Of a stretch of DNA of 44,331 nucleotides, positions 9,595 through 18,693 are shown one piece after another. The DNA comes from Syntrophales bacterium (GTDB lineage: Bacteria > Desulfobacterota > Syntrophia > Syntrophales > UBA2210): NCBI GenBank assembly GCA_030655735.1, contig JAUSPK010000183.1:1-44331 (forward strand), in the 5' to 3' direction. A program made the translations under genes and the position numbers. The notes beneath the pieces are model-generated. The model was not told where the DNA came from, did not search any database, and saw only the letters and a program-made list of their open reading frames with translations. The first letter of the stretch is position 1, and every line of letters begins with the position of its first letter.

Positions 9595-10977
9595 TCAGAA
9601 TTCTATGTTGTTGGGTGTTCGGGGGAAGGGTATGACGTCTCGTATGTTCGATATGCCGGTGATCAGCATGATCAGCCGTTCGAATCCCAGGCCGAACCCG
9701 CTGTGCGGTACGCTTCCGAATTTCCTGGAGTCCAGGTACCACCAGTAGTTCTCTTTGGGCAGGCCGGTTTCAGCCATTCTTGCCTCCAGGATGTCGAGTC
9801 GCTCTTCACGCTGGCTCCCCCCGATGATCTCCCCGATGCTCGGTACCAGGACATCCATGGCGGCGACGGTCTGCCCGTCCGGGTTTACCCTCATGTAAAA
9901 GGGCTTGATCGTGGAGGGGTAATCGTAGACGATGACCGGCCTCTTGAAGTGCTGTTCGGTAAGGTAGTGCTCGTGCTCGGATTGGAGGTCCTTCCCAAAA
10001 TCCACGTCATAGTCGAACTTTTCTTTGACCGTGCTCAGTATATCCACCGCCTCCCGGTAGGGGAGTCGTATAAAATCCGATGAGGCAATGTTCTCCAGCG
10101 TCGCCATCAGATTCTTGTCGACAAACCGCGCGAAGAGATCGAGGTCGTCACGGCATTCGTCCATCACGTATGCGACCAGGTATTTCACCATCTCCTCACC
10201 GAGGGCCATGTCTCCTTCCAGGTCGCAGAACGCCATCTCCGGCTCCACCATCCAGAATTCGGCGGCATGCCGGCGGGTGTTGGAGTTTTCGGCCCTGAAG
10301 GTGGGGCCGAATGTGTATACATCGCCCAATGCCAGGGCGAACAGCTCGGCCTCAAGCTGCCCCGACACGGTCAGGTTCGCCTGCTTCCCGAAAAAATCCA
10401 GGGAATAATCCACCGATCCGTCCGTCTTCGGGATGTTGTTAGGGTCGAGTGTACTGACCCTGAACATCTCCCCGGCCCCCTCGCAGTCGGAGGCGGTGAC
10501 GATGGGGGTGTGGATATAGGTAAATCCCCTTTCCTTGAAGAATCGGTGGATGGCGTATGACACCTCCGACCGGATCCGGAATGCCGCTCCATACTTGTTC
10601 GTCCGCGGCCTGAGGTGCGCTATGCCTCGCAGAAACTCGTCGCTGTGGCGCTTTTTCTGGAGGGGGTATGAGTCCGGGGCGATGCCGATGATCTCTACAT
10701 CATCGGCCTGTATCTCCCATGCCTGCCCTGTGCCCTGTGACGCCACCAGTCGTCCGGTGACGGCCACCGCGCTCCCCGTCGACAGCTTCAGGATGTCGGC
10801 GTAGTTATTCAGGCCCTGCTCAGCGATGACCTGCACGTTCGCAAGGCATGATCCGTCGTTGATCTCGATAAAGGAGAATCCCTTTGAGTCACGTCTGGTC
10901 CTGACCCACCCCTTGATCAGAATAGCATCTGAAGGCGAGTCTGATTTTAGGAGTTCGAATATCTTCGTGCGTTTCAT
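9595..10977 (-). CDS. asnS: Asparagine--tRNA ligase
   Basis: 460 aa. The OB-fold N-terminus reads IKGWVRTRRDSKGFSFIEINDGS. Class II aaRS motifs FRAENSNTRRHAAEFWMVEPE and GFGLGFERLIMLITG are present. Confidence 0.92.
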   Translation of the reverse strand: MKRTKIFELLKSDSPSDAILIKGWVRTRRDSKGFSFIEINDGSCLANVQVIAEQGLNNYADILKLSTGSAVAVTGRLVASQGTGQAWEIQADDVEIIGIAPDSYPLQKKRHSDEFLRGIAHLRPRTNKYGAAFRIRSEVSYAIHRFFKERGFTYIHTPIVTASDCEGAGEMFRVSTLDPNNIPKTDGSVDYSLDFFGKQANLTVSGQLEAELFALALGDVYTFGPTFRAENSNTRRHAAEFWMVEPEMAFCDLEGDMALGEEMVKYLVAYVMDECRDDLDLFARFVDKNLMATLENIASSDFIRLPYREAVDILSTVKEKFDYDVDFGKDLQSEHEHYLTEQHFKRPVIVYDYPSTIKPFYMRVNPDGQTVAAMDVLVPSIGEIIGGSQREERLDILEARMAETGLPKENYWWYLDSRKFGSVPHSGFGLGFERLIMLITGISNIRDVIPFPRTPNNIEF

Positions 10978-10992
10978 GATACGACCATCCTC

Positions 10993-12033
10993 TTATAATA
11001 GAAAAATCTTGTTTTTACGACACCGCTCAACCATGTCATCTGGCCATATGCTTGCCTGTATCTCGCCGATATGGGCTTTTTTCAGGTAAAACATGCAGAG
11101 CCGCGACTGGCCGATTCCACCGCCGATGGAGAGGGGCAACTCTCCGGCCAGGAGACGCCGGTGAAAGAGCAGATCTTTTCGGTACGTGTCACCCGTAATC
11201 ACCAGTTGCCTGAGAAGGGCCTCCTGGTTTACCCGGATCCCCATGGAGGAAAGCTCATACGCGCAATCGAACATTGGATAGTGGACCAGGATATCTCCGT
11301 TGAGCCCCGTGCGTCCGCCGCCGGTGGGGGTAGACCAGTCGTCATAATCGGGGGCGCGTCCGTCATGCGGTTTGCCGTTTTTCAACTCTCCTCCGATCCC
11401 TATGAGAAAGATGGCCCCATATTCCTTGCATGCGATATTTTCCCGCTCTTTGGGGGTGAGATCGGGATACCGGTCCTCCAGTTCTTCGCTGTGCACGAAG
11501 GTAATCTCTTCGGGAAGGATCGGCTCGATAACGTTCCGCCGGTAGCAGATGTACTTTTCCGTCCGCCGTATGACGTCGTATATTTTTCTGACGATACCCT
11601 TCAGGAATTCCAGATTTCGCTCCTCTTCTGATATCACCCGCTCCCAGTCCCACTGATCCACATATATTGAATGCGTGTTGTCCAGTATATCGTCCGGTCT
11701 TATGGCATTCATGTCGGCGCATAGACCATGGCCCTGTTTTACGCCGTAGTCGGCCAGCATCATCCGCTTCCATTTCGCGAGGGACTGCACCATCTCGACG
11801 CCCACATCGCCGGCGCCTTTTATGTTGAACGAGACGGGCCGTTCGATCCCGTTGAGATCGTCATTGATTCCCGTCCCCGTCTTGACGAACAGGGGAGCCG
11901 TCACGCGCATAAGCTCCAGCTCGAAGGACAGGTTGGTCTGGAAAAAGGTCTTGATCTGACCGATGGCCTTTTCCGTTTCGCGCAGATCGAGCAACGGCTT
12001 GTACTGCTTTGGGATGTACAGACTCGATTTCAT
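10993..12033 (-). CDS. asnA: Aspartate--ammonia ligase (asparagine synthetase A)
   Basis: The ORF track gives 10993..12129. The ATG at 12033 (MKSSLYIPKQYKPLLDLRETEKAI) gives 346 aa, which is an AsnA-like length. Motifs YELSSMGIRV and GGGIGQSRLCMF are present. It lies 15 nt upstream of asnS. Confidence 0.88.
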   Translation of the reverse strand: MKSSLYIPKQYKPLLDLRETEKAIGQIKTFFQTNLSFELELMRVTAPLFVKTGTGINDDLNGIERPVSFNIKGAGDVGVEMVQSLAKWKRMMLADYGVKQGHGLCADMNAIRPDDILDNTHSIYVDQWDWERVISEEERNLEFLKGIVRKIYDVIRRTEKYICYRRNVIEPILPEEITFVHSEELEDRYPDLTPKERENIACKEYGAIFLIGIGGELKNGKPHDGRAPDYDDWSTPTGGGRTGLNGDILVHYPMFDCAYELSSMGIRVNQEALLRQLVITGDTYRKDLLFHRRLLAGELPLSIGGGIGQSRLCMFYLKKAHIGEIQASIWPDDMVERCRKNKIFLL

Positions 12034-12198
12034 ACGGCATCTCCCACTCAGACATTTTCCGTGCGCCGGGGAAGGCGCTTTTGCATAATAATACGGGCGA
12101 ACACTATCAAACCTTGGGATTTGTTGCAAGATAATAGCCGGGTGCTGTTCCCGGTCCCGGCTCGCTGGCGGGTAATGGGGATCAAGGCCGGGAGGGGT

Positions 12199-13263
12199 TC
12201 AGAATGTGCAGGATACCGATATCGCGCCGTACTGCTGGTCTTTTTTCTGGGTCTTAAACTCTTTTGTCTGATAGACGTGGGCGTACGTAATCTTGAAACG
12301 GCCGGCAATGATTCCGATTCCTCCGACGAAACAGGCAACGAAATGTTCCTTATCGACGCTGTGGCTGTCCCTGAACGTGTTTCCGTCGAGCAGGATATTC
12401 CGTGCCACGGCAGTCCCGTCAGCGGCGAGGAAGAGATGGACACCGAGGCGGCGGAAGAGACGGAAGAGTCGCGGATCGCTGCTGTCCAGAGGGGCATTAC
12501 CGTCCGAACCGGGCCTTATGATATAGGTTCCGAAATCATTCGGAAGATTCCATCCGAAGCGTATTTCCCCTCCCACATTGGCCCCGGTGAAGGCGTTTCC
12601 GACACCGCCACCTATGTGGGGAATGAAGTCGTAAGTGAGACCGCGTCCGTATTCCGTCCGAAGCAGGCGCCATTTGCGCTCAAAGAAGGCATTGATGATC
12701 GGTTCATCGCGAAGCTGATGATCCCACCCCTGGGGGTCGGTTGCGGCGACCCACCGATGAGAGACTTTCTGCCCAGCCTCGACATAGGAATGAGGACCGA
12801 TGATTCCCACGTTGAATTCGAGGGTGTCCATCTGCTGTGTGTTCTTGCCATGGAATCCGACTGCCAGATATGTGATGCCGGCGTAAGGCCGTTCATCAGC
12901 CATGAGATCACTGCGCTCTATCTCCTCCGGTGTATACATGCCCTGTCCGAATGAGAACGATACGGAGCGCCGATACCCCGGTTTATTGATAAAAGGCAGC
13001 TGTTCAATAAGCGGGTAACCCCACTCGGGAACGAACGGGGTGTCTCGATGTTCCGTCAGATCGGGCGAGACCCATGAAAGCTTTATCCCACTCGTGTACT
13101 CCCGGTCCGTGTTGTAGAAGAAATCATTTTCCATATACAGGGTAAAGGTACTCATGCGCCGCGCGATATCATCTTCCGCGTGGGCCTGCCAGGGCGGGAT
13201 GAATATACAGCAGAGGAGAAATATGAAAAACAGCTTCGCAGATATAGGGCTATCCGTTTTCAC
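12199..13263 (-). CDS. Outer-membrane LpxR/DUF2219-family protein (putative lipid A deacylase)
   Basis: 354 aa with a GTG start and a signal peptide ending PPWQAHA. The segment MENDFFYNTDREYTSGIKLSW resembles the LpxR-family N-terminal signature. The family assignment is from memory of that motif only. Confidence 0.55.
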   Translation of the reverse strand: MKTDSPISAKLFFIFLLCCIFIPPWQAHAEDDIARRMSTFTLYMENDFFYNTDREYTSGIKLSWVSPDLTEHRDTPFVPEWGYPLIEQLPFINKPGYRRSVSFSFGQGMYTPEEIERSDLMADERPYAGITYLAVGFHGKNTQQMDTLEFNVGIIGPHSYVEAGQKVSHRWVAATDPQGWDHQLRDEPIINAFFERKWRLLRTEYGRGLTYDFIPHIGGGVGNAFTGANVGGEIRFGWNLPNDFGTYIIRPGSDGNAPLDSSDPRLFRLFRRLGVHLFLAADGTAVARNILLDGNTFRDSHSVDKEHFVACFVGGIGIIAGRFKITYAHVYQTKEFKTQKKDQQYGAISVSCTF

Positions 13264-13344
13264 AATGCGTGAGATCTACAATAGTTTTACCGGCCTGTCA
13301 AGCCTGATGAGAGGGCTATGTCGCCGGGGGCATTCACAATTTTC

Positions 13345-13373
13345 TTGACAGCAATTCGCAAAGGCTGTAAGTT
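13345..13373 (+). promoter_or_regulatory. Candidate sigma-70 promoter of the tetR gene
   Basis: TTGACA (13345-13350), a 17-nt spacer, then TAAGTT (13368-13373), about 20 nt upstream of the tetR ORF start. Confidence 0.35.
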
Positions 13374-13391
13374 GACCGCCTAGTTCAAAAA

Positions 13392-14027
13392 ATGACCGGG
13401 TGGTTTTGGGGCATGACGGGCGATAAGAAGCAGGAGCGCAGAAAGGCACTGGAGGCCCTGACGAGGCAAGGCATTCTTGATGCCGCTATCGGCCTGCTGA
13501 TGCGCGACGGTATCCAGGGCCTGACGATGGACCGGGTGGCAACGGAAGCCGGCGTTGCGAAGGGAACGCTGTACGTCTATTTCACAAACAAGGAAGAGAT
13601 CCTGGACGCGACCGTTGATGCGAGCTTTGATCCCCTGATCAGAGAACTGTCTGTCCTGTTGGATGACGATCATGCCCCTGACAGGAAGCTGGCGGAATTT
13701 TCTCTCTGCCATTTGCGGTTCTTCGACGAACACAGGGAACTGATCCGTGTTATTTTTTTCGATCGGGAGAGAATGCACTCCGAGAGAAACCATTATACCG
13801 ACAGTAGGTATCGCACCTTTGTACAGCGGGTGGCCGAGGTTCTGGATGAGGGGGTTGGGCAGGGTCTGTTTTCTCCCCTGGACTCGATGAAGGTCGCCGC
13901 CATGTTTGTCGAAGCCAATATGGGAATGGTGATGCAGCGTATCCATGACGGGATCTCAGGTGATGTTGAAAAGGACGCGCGGCAGGTTACAGACATATTC
14001 ATGGGGGGATTAAGGAACAGGAAATAA
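13392..14027 (+). CDS. TetR/AcrR family transcriptional regulator
   Basis: 211 aa. The N-terminal HTH region reads ILDAAIGLLMRDGIQGLTMDRVATEAGVAKGTLYVYFTNKEEIL. It lies upstream of an RND efflux operon. An alternative ATG exists at 13413. Confidence 0.85.
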   Translation: MTGWFWGMTGDKKQERRKALEALTRQGILDAAIGLLMRDGIQGLTMDRVATEAGVAKGTLYVYFTNKEEILDATVDASFDPLIRELSVLLDDDHAPDRKLAEFSLCHLRFFDEHRELIRVIFFDRERMHSERNHYTDSRYRTFVQRVAEVLDEGVGQGLFSPLDSMKVAAMFVEANMGMVMQRIHDGISGDVEKDARQVTDIFMGGLRNRK

Positions 14028-14058
14028 GGGGCAAGCCGGATTATTCAGCCGCATAAAA

Positions 14059-14224
14059 CTCCAGACTCTTGTCTGGAGATGCAGCGGTAGCCCGGAGGGC
14101 TCAAGCAGATTTAAGCTTGTAGCCCAAAGATGCCCCCGGCTCCTGCCGGGGGAGTATCACTTTAATCACTTGAAGGGCGAGGAAGGCATATGCCATAATC
14201 CCCTGAGTGCGAGATCTTCAGGGG
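14059..14224 (+). other. Four consecutive stem-loops plus a 10-bp palindrome between tetR and the RND operon
   Basis: Stem-loops: ctccagac-tctt-gtctggag (14059-14078); gggct/aagc...gctt/agccc (14097-14125); cccccggc-tcct-gccggggg (14133-14152); cccctga...tcagggg (14200-14224). The palindrome ggcatatgcc is at 14185-14194. Confidence 0.3.
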
Positions 14225-14288
14225 TTCATTCGCAGCGTTTTGCTTCGAGGGGGTTCGTTTTGTTTATCATTTATAATAGGAGAGTCTG

Positions 14289-15506
14289 ATGCAATTCAAT
14301 AGAACTGTTTGCAAATCTCTTACATGGGGAGTGGTCCTGATGGCCCTGTTGGGTGGCTTGTTGCTGGGAGGGTGTGATGGCGGCGATCGATCACAACCCC
14401 CGCGACCGGCACCGGAGGTGGCTGTGGTAACGATTCAGCCGCAAGAGGTTATACTGACCACTGAATTGCCGGGCCGCACCTCTGCCTTCCGTGTCGCTCA
14501 GATCCGACCACAGGCCAGCGGCCTCATACAGAGACGTCTCTTTACGGAAGGATCCGATGTCAAAGCAGGGCAGGCCCTCTATCAGATTGATCCCGCCCCC
14601 TTTCAGGCGGCGCTCGACAATGCCAAGGCCGCCCTTGGCAGGGCTGAGGCCAACCTGCCTGCTATCCGGGGGCGCGCCGAGCGTTTCAAGGAATTACTCG
14701 GCGACAAGGCCGTAAGCCAGCAGAATTACGACGACGCGGCAGCCGCCCTGAACCAGATCCAAGCCGATATCCAGTATTATCGAGCGATGGTGGAGACAGT
14801 TCGGATCAACCTGAGCTACGCGCGGATCACGTCGCCCATTTCCGGCCGCATCGGCAAATCCAGCGTGACTGATGGAGCCATCGTGACGGCCTACCAGCCC
14901 GTCCCCCTGGCAACCATTCAGCAACTCGATCCTATTTATGTGGATGTGCCTCAATCCACCACCGAGGTGCTGCGGTTGCAGCGGCGGATGGCGGATGGCC
15001 GGCTTACTCACGACGGGACAGGCCAGAATGCCGTTCAGATCATCCTGGAGGACGGCACAACCTACCCCCTGAAAGGAAAACTCCAATTCCGCGACGTTTC
15101 AGTGGATCCGACTACCGGTTCCGTGATTCTGAGAATGGTCTTCCCAAATCCGAAGGGTGTTCTCCTGCCGGGGATGTTCATCCGGGCGGTGGTGGAAGAA
15201 GGGGTCAATCAACAGGCGATCCTTGCTCCTCAACAGGCCGTTTCCCGCACCCCGAAGGGAGATCCCTTTGTGCTGATCGTGGATGCCGAGGACAAGGTCC
15301 AGCAGAGAATGATCACGCTCGATCGCGCTATCGGCGATGCATGGTTTGTTTCATCCGGTCTCGCGCCAGGCGAGCGGGTGATCGTCGAAGGGTCGCAGAA
15401 GGTGAGACCCGGCGTTTCCGTGAAGGCTGTTCCTTTTGAAGCCGGTAGCGAAAAAATGAGCGAGGACAGTAACAATACAACCCCGCTGCCTGCAAAATCG
15501 AATTGA
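14289..15506 (+). CDS. RND efflux periplasmic adaptor (membrane fusion protein, AcrA/MexA-like)
   Basis: 405 aa with a lipoprotein-like N-terminus (LLLGGCDGG). The segment GRTSAFRVAQIRPQASGLI is typical of adaptor subunits, as is the overall organisation. It immediately precedes the RND permease. Confidence 0.9.
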   Translation: MQFNRTVCKSLTWGVVLMALLGGLLLGGCDGGDRSQPPRPAPEVAVVTIQPQEVILTTELPGRTSAFRVAQIRPQASGLIQRRLFTEGSDVKAGQALYQIDPAPFQAALDNAKAALGRAEANLPAIRGRAERFKELLGDKAVSQQNYDDAAAALNQIQADIQYYRAMVETVRINLSYARITSPISGRIGKSSVTDGAIVTAYQPVPLATIQQLDPIYVDVPQSTTEVLRLQRRMADGRLTHDGTGQNAVQIILEDGTTYPLKGKLQFRDVSVDPTTGSVILRMVFPNPKGVLLPGMFIRAVVEEGVNQQAILAPQQAVSRTPKGDPFVLIVDAEDKVQQRMITLDRAIGDAWFVSSGLAPGERVIVEGSQKVRPGVSVKAVPFEAGSEKMSEDSNNTTPLPAKSN

Positions 15507-15515
15507 CGGAGGCGT

Positions 15516-18500
15516 GTGATGTTATCGAAATTTTTTCTGGAACGTCCGGTGTTCGCCTGGGTCATCGCTATCATCATCATGGCCGCCGGCGGTCTAGCGA
15601 TCTACAATCTGCCCATCTCTCAGTATCCCCCAATCGCTCCGCCGACCATCTCCCTGTCTGCCGCCTACCCGGGGGCCTCGGCCGAGACCGTGGAAAACAG
15701 CGTGACCCAGATCATCGAGCAGAAGATGACCGGCTTCGAGAATCTGCTGTATATGTCGGCGACCAGCGACTCGGCGGGCACCTGCCGTATCGATCTGACC
15801 TTTGAGGCCGGAACCGACCCGGACATCGCGTGGACGCAGGTCCAGAACAAGCTCCAACTTGCCATGTCGAGCCTCCCCGACGTGGTTCAGAAACAGGGAG
15901 TCAGCGTTCGCAAATCCACCCAAAACTACCTCCTGTTCGTGGGGTTGATCTCGGAAGACGGCAGCATGGACGGCAAGGATCTGAGGGACTACGCCAAATC
16001 CAACATGGAGAGTATCCTGGCCCGGGTGCCGGGGGTGGGCGAGGTTGAGGTCTTCGGCGCCGGGTATGCCATGCGTGTCTGGCTCGATCCCGACAAACTG
16101 ACGGCATATCGTCTTACGGTGCAAGAGGTGATCGCGGCGCTCAAGGCCTACAACGTGGAAATCTCAGCCGGGCAGTTGGGAGGGGTCCCCGCGGTGAAAG
16201 GCCAGCGCCTGAACGCCTCCATCGTCGTCCAGAATATGCTCAAGACGCCCGACGAGTTCGCTGCCATCCCCATTCGAATTAATCCGGACGGCTCCGTCGT
16301 GAGAATCGGCGATGTGGGCCGGACGGAACTGGGGACCGAGTACTACGATGTCGAGACCGCCTATAACGGAATGCCCATCGCGGGGATCGCCGTACGGCAG
16401 GCGGCCGGTGCCAACGCCCTGGATGTGGCCAACGCCGTCAAGGCAAAGATGGCGGAGATGCTCCGGTTCTTGCCCGCAAGCATGAAGGTCGTCTACCCCA
16501 TGGACAGCACCCTCTTCATCAAGGTGGCCATCAATGAGGTGGTGAAGACCCTCTTCGAGGCGATCCTCTTGGTTTTCCTGGTTATGTGGCTGTTCCTGGG
16601 CAATATGCGGGCCACGCTGATCCCGACGATCGCGGTCCCCGTCGTGATCCTGGGGACCTTCGCGATGCTGGGAGTCTTCGGTTTTTCAATCAACATGCTG
16701 ACCATGTTCGCCATGGTGCTGGCCATCGGCCTTCTTGTGGACGACGCCATCGTGGTGGTGGAAAATGTCGAGCGGATCATGGCCGAGGAAGGACTCCCCC
16801 CTCGGGAGGCCACGGCCAAGTCCATGGAACAGATCACCAGTGCCCTCATCGGCATCGGGCTGGTGCTCTCGGCGGTCTTCGGCCCCATGGCGTTTTTCCC
16901 CGGCTCCACCGGCGTCATCTACCGCCAGTTCTCCGTGACCATCATCGCTTCCATGCTCCTGTCGGTGGCCGTGGCATTGATCCTGACGCCGGTCCTCTGC
17001 GCCGCGCTTCTCAAACCGGTCAAGGCCGGCCATGAGCCGGCTGAAAACGCGATCTTCTTCCTGCGTCCCTTTTTCCTATGGTTCGATCGCATGTTCTTCG
17101 GAATCAGAGACCGATATGTTCGGCTTGTCGGACATTCCCTTGCCAGGAAATTCCGCTACCTGATCATTTTCCTTCTGATCGTGACGGGCATGGGTTTTCT
17201 GTACCTCCACATGCCTACCGCCTATCTGCCCGATGAAGACCAGGGGACGCTGTTCGCCCAGGTAATCCTCCCGAGCGGCTCGACGCTGGAACAGACCCAG
17301 ACGGTCTCGAAGCAGATCGAAGCCTATTTTCATGAAAAGGAAAAAGAAGCGGTGTTGTCTACCTTCATCATTTCCGGCTATGGTTTTTCCGGGAGGGCAC
17401 AGAATAACGGCATGGTGTTCATCAAGCTGAAGGACTGGGAACTCCGCGACCGGGACGATCTGAGAGTCAAGGCAGTCGCCGGGCGGGCGACGAAAGCCCT
17501 TGCAAGTATCCGGGGTGCCATGGTCTTTGCCTTCCCCCCTCCTGCCGTTCCCGAGCTGGGCATGGCCAAGGGGTTCGATTTTCAGCTGCTCGACCGAGGG
17601 GGGCTCGGACACGAGAAGCTCATGGAGGCTCAATACCAGCTCCTCGACATAGCGGCAAAAGACCCGAGACTGACTTCCGTCCGGCCCAACAGCATGAAGG
17701 ACGTGTCGGAATACCGCATCGACGTGGACTGGGAGAAGGCGGGCGCTTTGGGGGTCCCCATCACCTCTATCCACCATACGATCTCGGCGGCCTTCGGGGG
17801 TTCCTATGTCAACGACTTTGTTCAGGGGGGCAGGGTCAAAAAGGTATACGTCCAGGCGGACGCCCCCTACCGTATGTTGCCCAAGGACCTTGAAAAACTT
17901 TACGTCCGGAATACGGCCGGGATGATGGTCCCCTTTTCCTCCTTCGCCTCCGGCCGGTGGACCTCCGGTCCTCCCAGGCTGGCGCGCTTCAACGGTTCTC
18001 CTTCCATCAACATCTGGGGGGAGCCGGCACCGGGGAGAAGCTCGGGAGAGGCCATGCAGGCCATGGAGGAGGCGGTTGGAAAACTGCCTAGTGGTATCGG
18101 TTTCGACTGGGCCAGCCTCTCCTACCAGGAAAAGATGTCGAGTACGCAGGCGCCGCTCCTGTACGCGTTCTCCATATTCGTGGTCTTTCTGTGCCTGGCG
18201 GCACTGTACGAGAGCTGGACTATTCCGATCTCGATCCTGCTGATCCTCCCCCTTGGTGTTATCGGGGGCATCATCGCCACGAGCATGCTGGGGCTGGCCA
18301 ACGACATATATTTCCAGATCGGTCTTCTGACCACACTGGGTCTGGCCACAAAGAATGCCATCCTGATCGTCCAGTTCGCCAAGGCCGGACTGGAAAAAGG
18401 CATGGGGCTTATCGAAGCCACCCTGGAGGGGGCAAAGCTCAGATTTCGCCCGATCATCATGACCTCACTCGCCTTCGGTTTCGGGGTTCTGCCCCTTTCC

Positions 18501-18692
18501 ATCAGTACCGGTGCCGGAGCAGGGGCCATGAACGCCATCGGTACCAGCGTATTGGGGGGGATGGTGACCGCCACCGTCCTGGTGATTATTTTTGCGCCCC
18601 TCTTCTATGTCTTGATCGAAAAGCTCTTCGGCAAGCAAAGGAAACGTGAATCAGCCGAAACGGCCGATGTAAATCCATCGGAGGACCAATAA
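15516..18692 (+). CDS. RND multidrug efflux permease (AcrB/MexB-like, HAE1 family)
   Basis: 1058 aa. The N-terminus MLSKFFLERPVFAWVIAIIIM is classic for this family. It has 12 TM segments and two large periplasmic loops, with VDDAIVVVENVER in TM4. Confidence 0.95.
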   Translation: MMLSKFFLERPVFAWVIAIIIMAAGGLAIYNLPISQYPPIAPPTISLSAAYPGASAETVENSVTQIIEQKMTGFENLLYMSATSDSAGTCRIDLTFEAGTDPDIAWTQVQNKLQLAMSSLPDVVQKQGVSVRKSTQNYLLFVGLISEDGSMDGKDLRDYAKSNMESILARVPGVGEVEVFGAGYAMRVWLDPDKLTAYRLTVQEVIAALKAYNVEISAGQLGGVPAVKGQRLNASIVVQNMLKTPDEFAAIPIRINPDGSVVRIGDVGRTELGTEYYDVETAYNGMPIAGIAVRQAAGANALDVANAVKAKMAEMLRFLPASMKVVYPMDSTLFIKVAINEVVKTLFEAILLVFLVMWLFLGNMRATLIPTIAVPVVILGTFAMLGVFGFSINMLTMFAMVLAIGLLVDDAIVVVENVERIMAEEGLPPREATAKSMEQITSALIGIGLVLSAVFGPMAFFPGSTGVIYRQFSVTIIASMLLSVAVALILTPVLCAALLKPVKAGHEPAENAIFFLRPFFLWFDRMFFGIRDRYVRLVGHSLARKFRYLIIFLLIVTGMGFLYLHMPTAYLPDEDQGTLFAQVILPSGSTLEQTQTVSKQIEAYFHEKEKEAVLSTFIISGYGFSGRAQNNGMVFIKLKDWELRDRDDLRVKAVAGRATKALASIRGAMVFAFPPPAVPELGMAKGFDFQLLDRGGLGHEKLMEAQYQLLDIAAKDPRLTSVRPNSMKDVSEYRIDVDWEKAGALGVPITSIHHTISAAFGGSYVNDFVQGGRVKKVYVQADAPYRMLPKDLEKLYVRNTAGMMVPFSSFASGRWTSGPPRLARFNGSPSINIWGEPAPGRSSGEAMQAMEEAVGKLPSGIGFDWASLSYQEKMSSTQAPLLYAFSIFVVFLCLAALYESWTIPISILLILPLGVIGGIIATSMLGLANDIYFQIGLLTTLGLATKNAILIVQFAKAGLEKGMGLIEATLEGAKLRFRPIIMTSLAFGFGVLPLSISTGAGAGAMNAIGTSVLGGMVTATVLVIIFAPLFYVLIEKLFGKQRKRESAETADVNPSEDQ

Positions 18693-18693
18693 T

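Noticed and set aside
11728-12954. 408-aa plus-strand ORF overlapping asnA and the LpxR-like gene
   Set aside because: It is antisense to two recognisable genes and bridges their intergenic region, with no motifs of its own. The same reasoning applies to 21731..22477 (antisense to hisH and the giant gene), 42514..43491 (antisense to glnN) and 9556..10083 (antisense to asnS).
14272-14277. TATAAT hexamer just upstream of the RND adaptor gene as its promoter
   Set aside because: It lies only 11 nt from the ATG, so a transcript would start inside or after the AGGAG ribosome-binding site. The -35 region is also poor.
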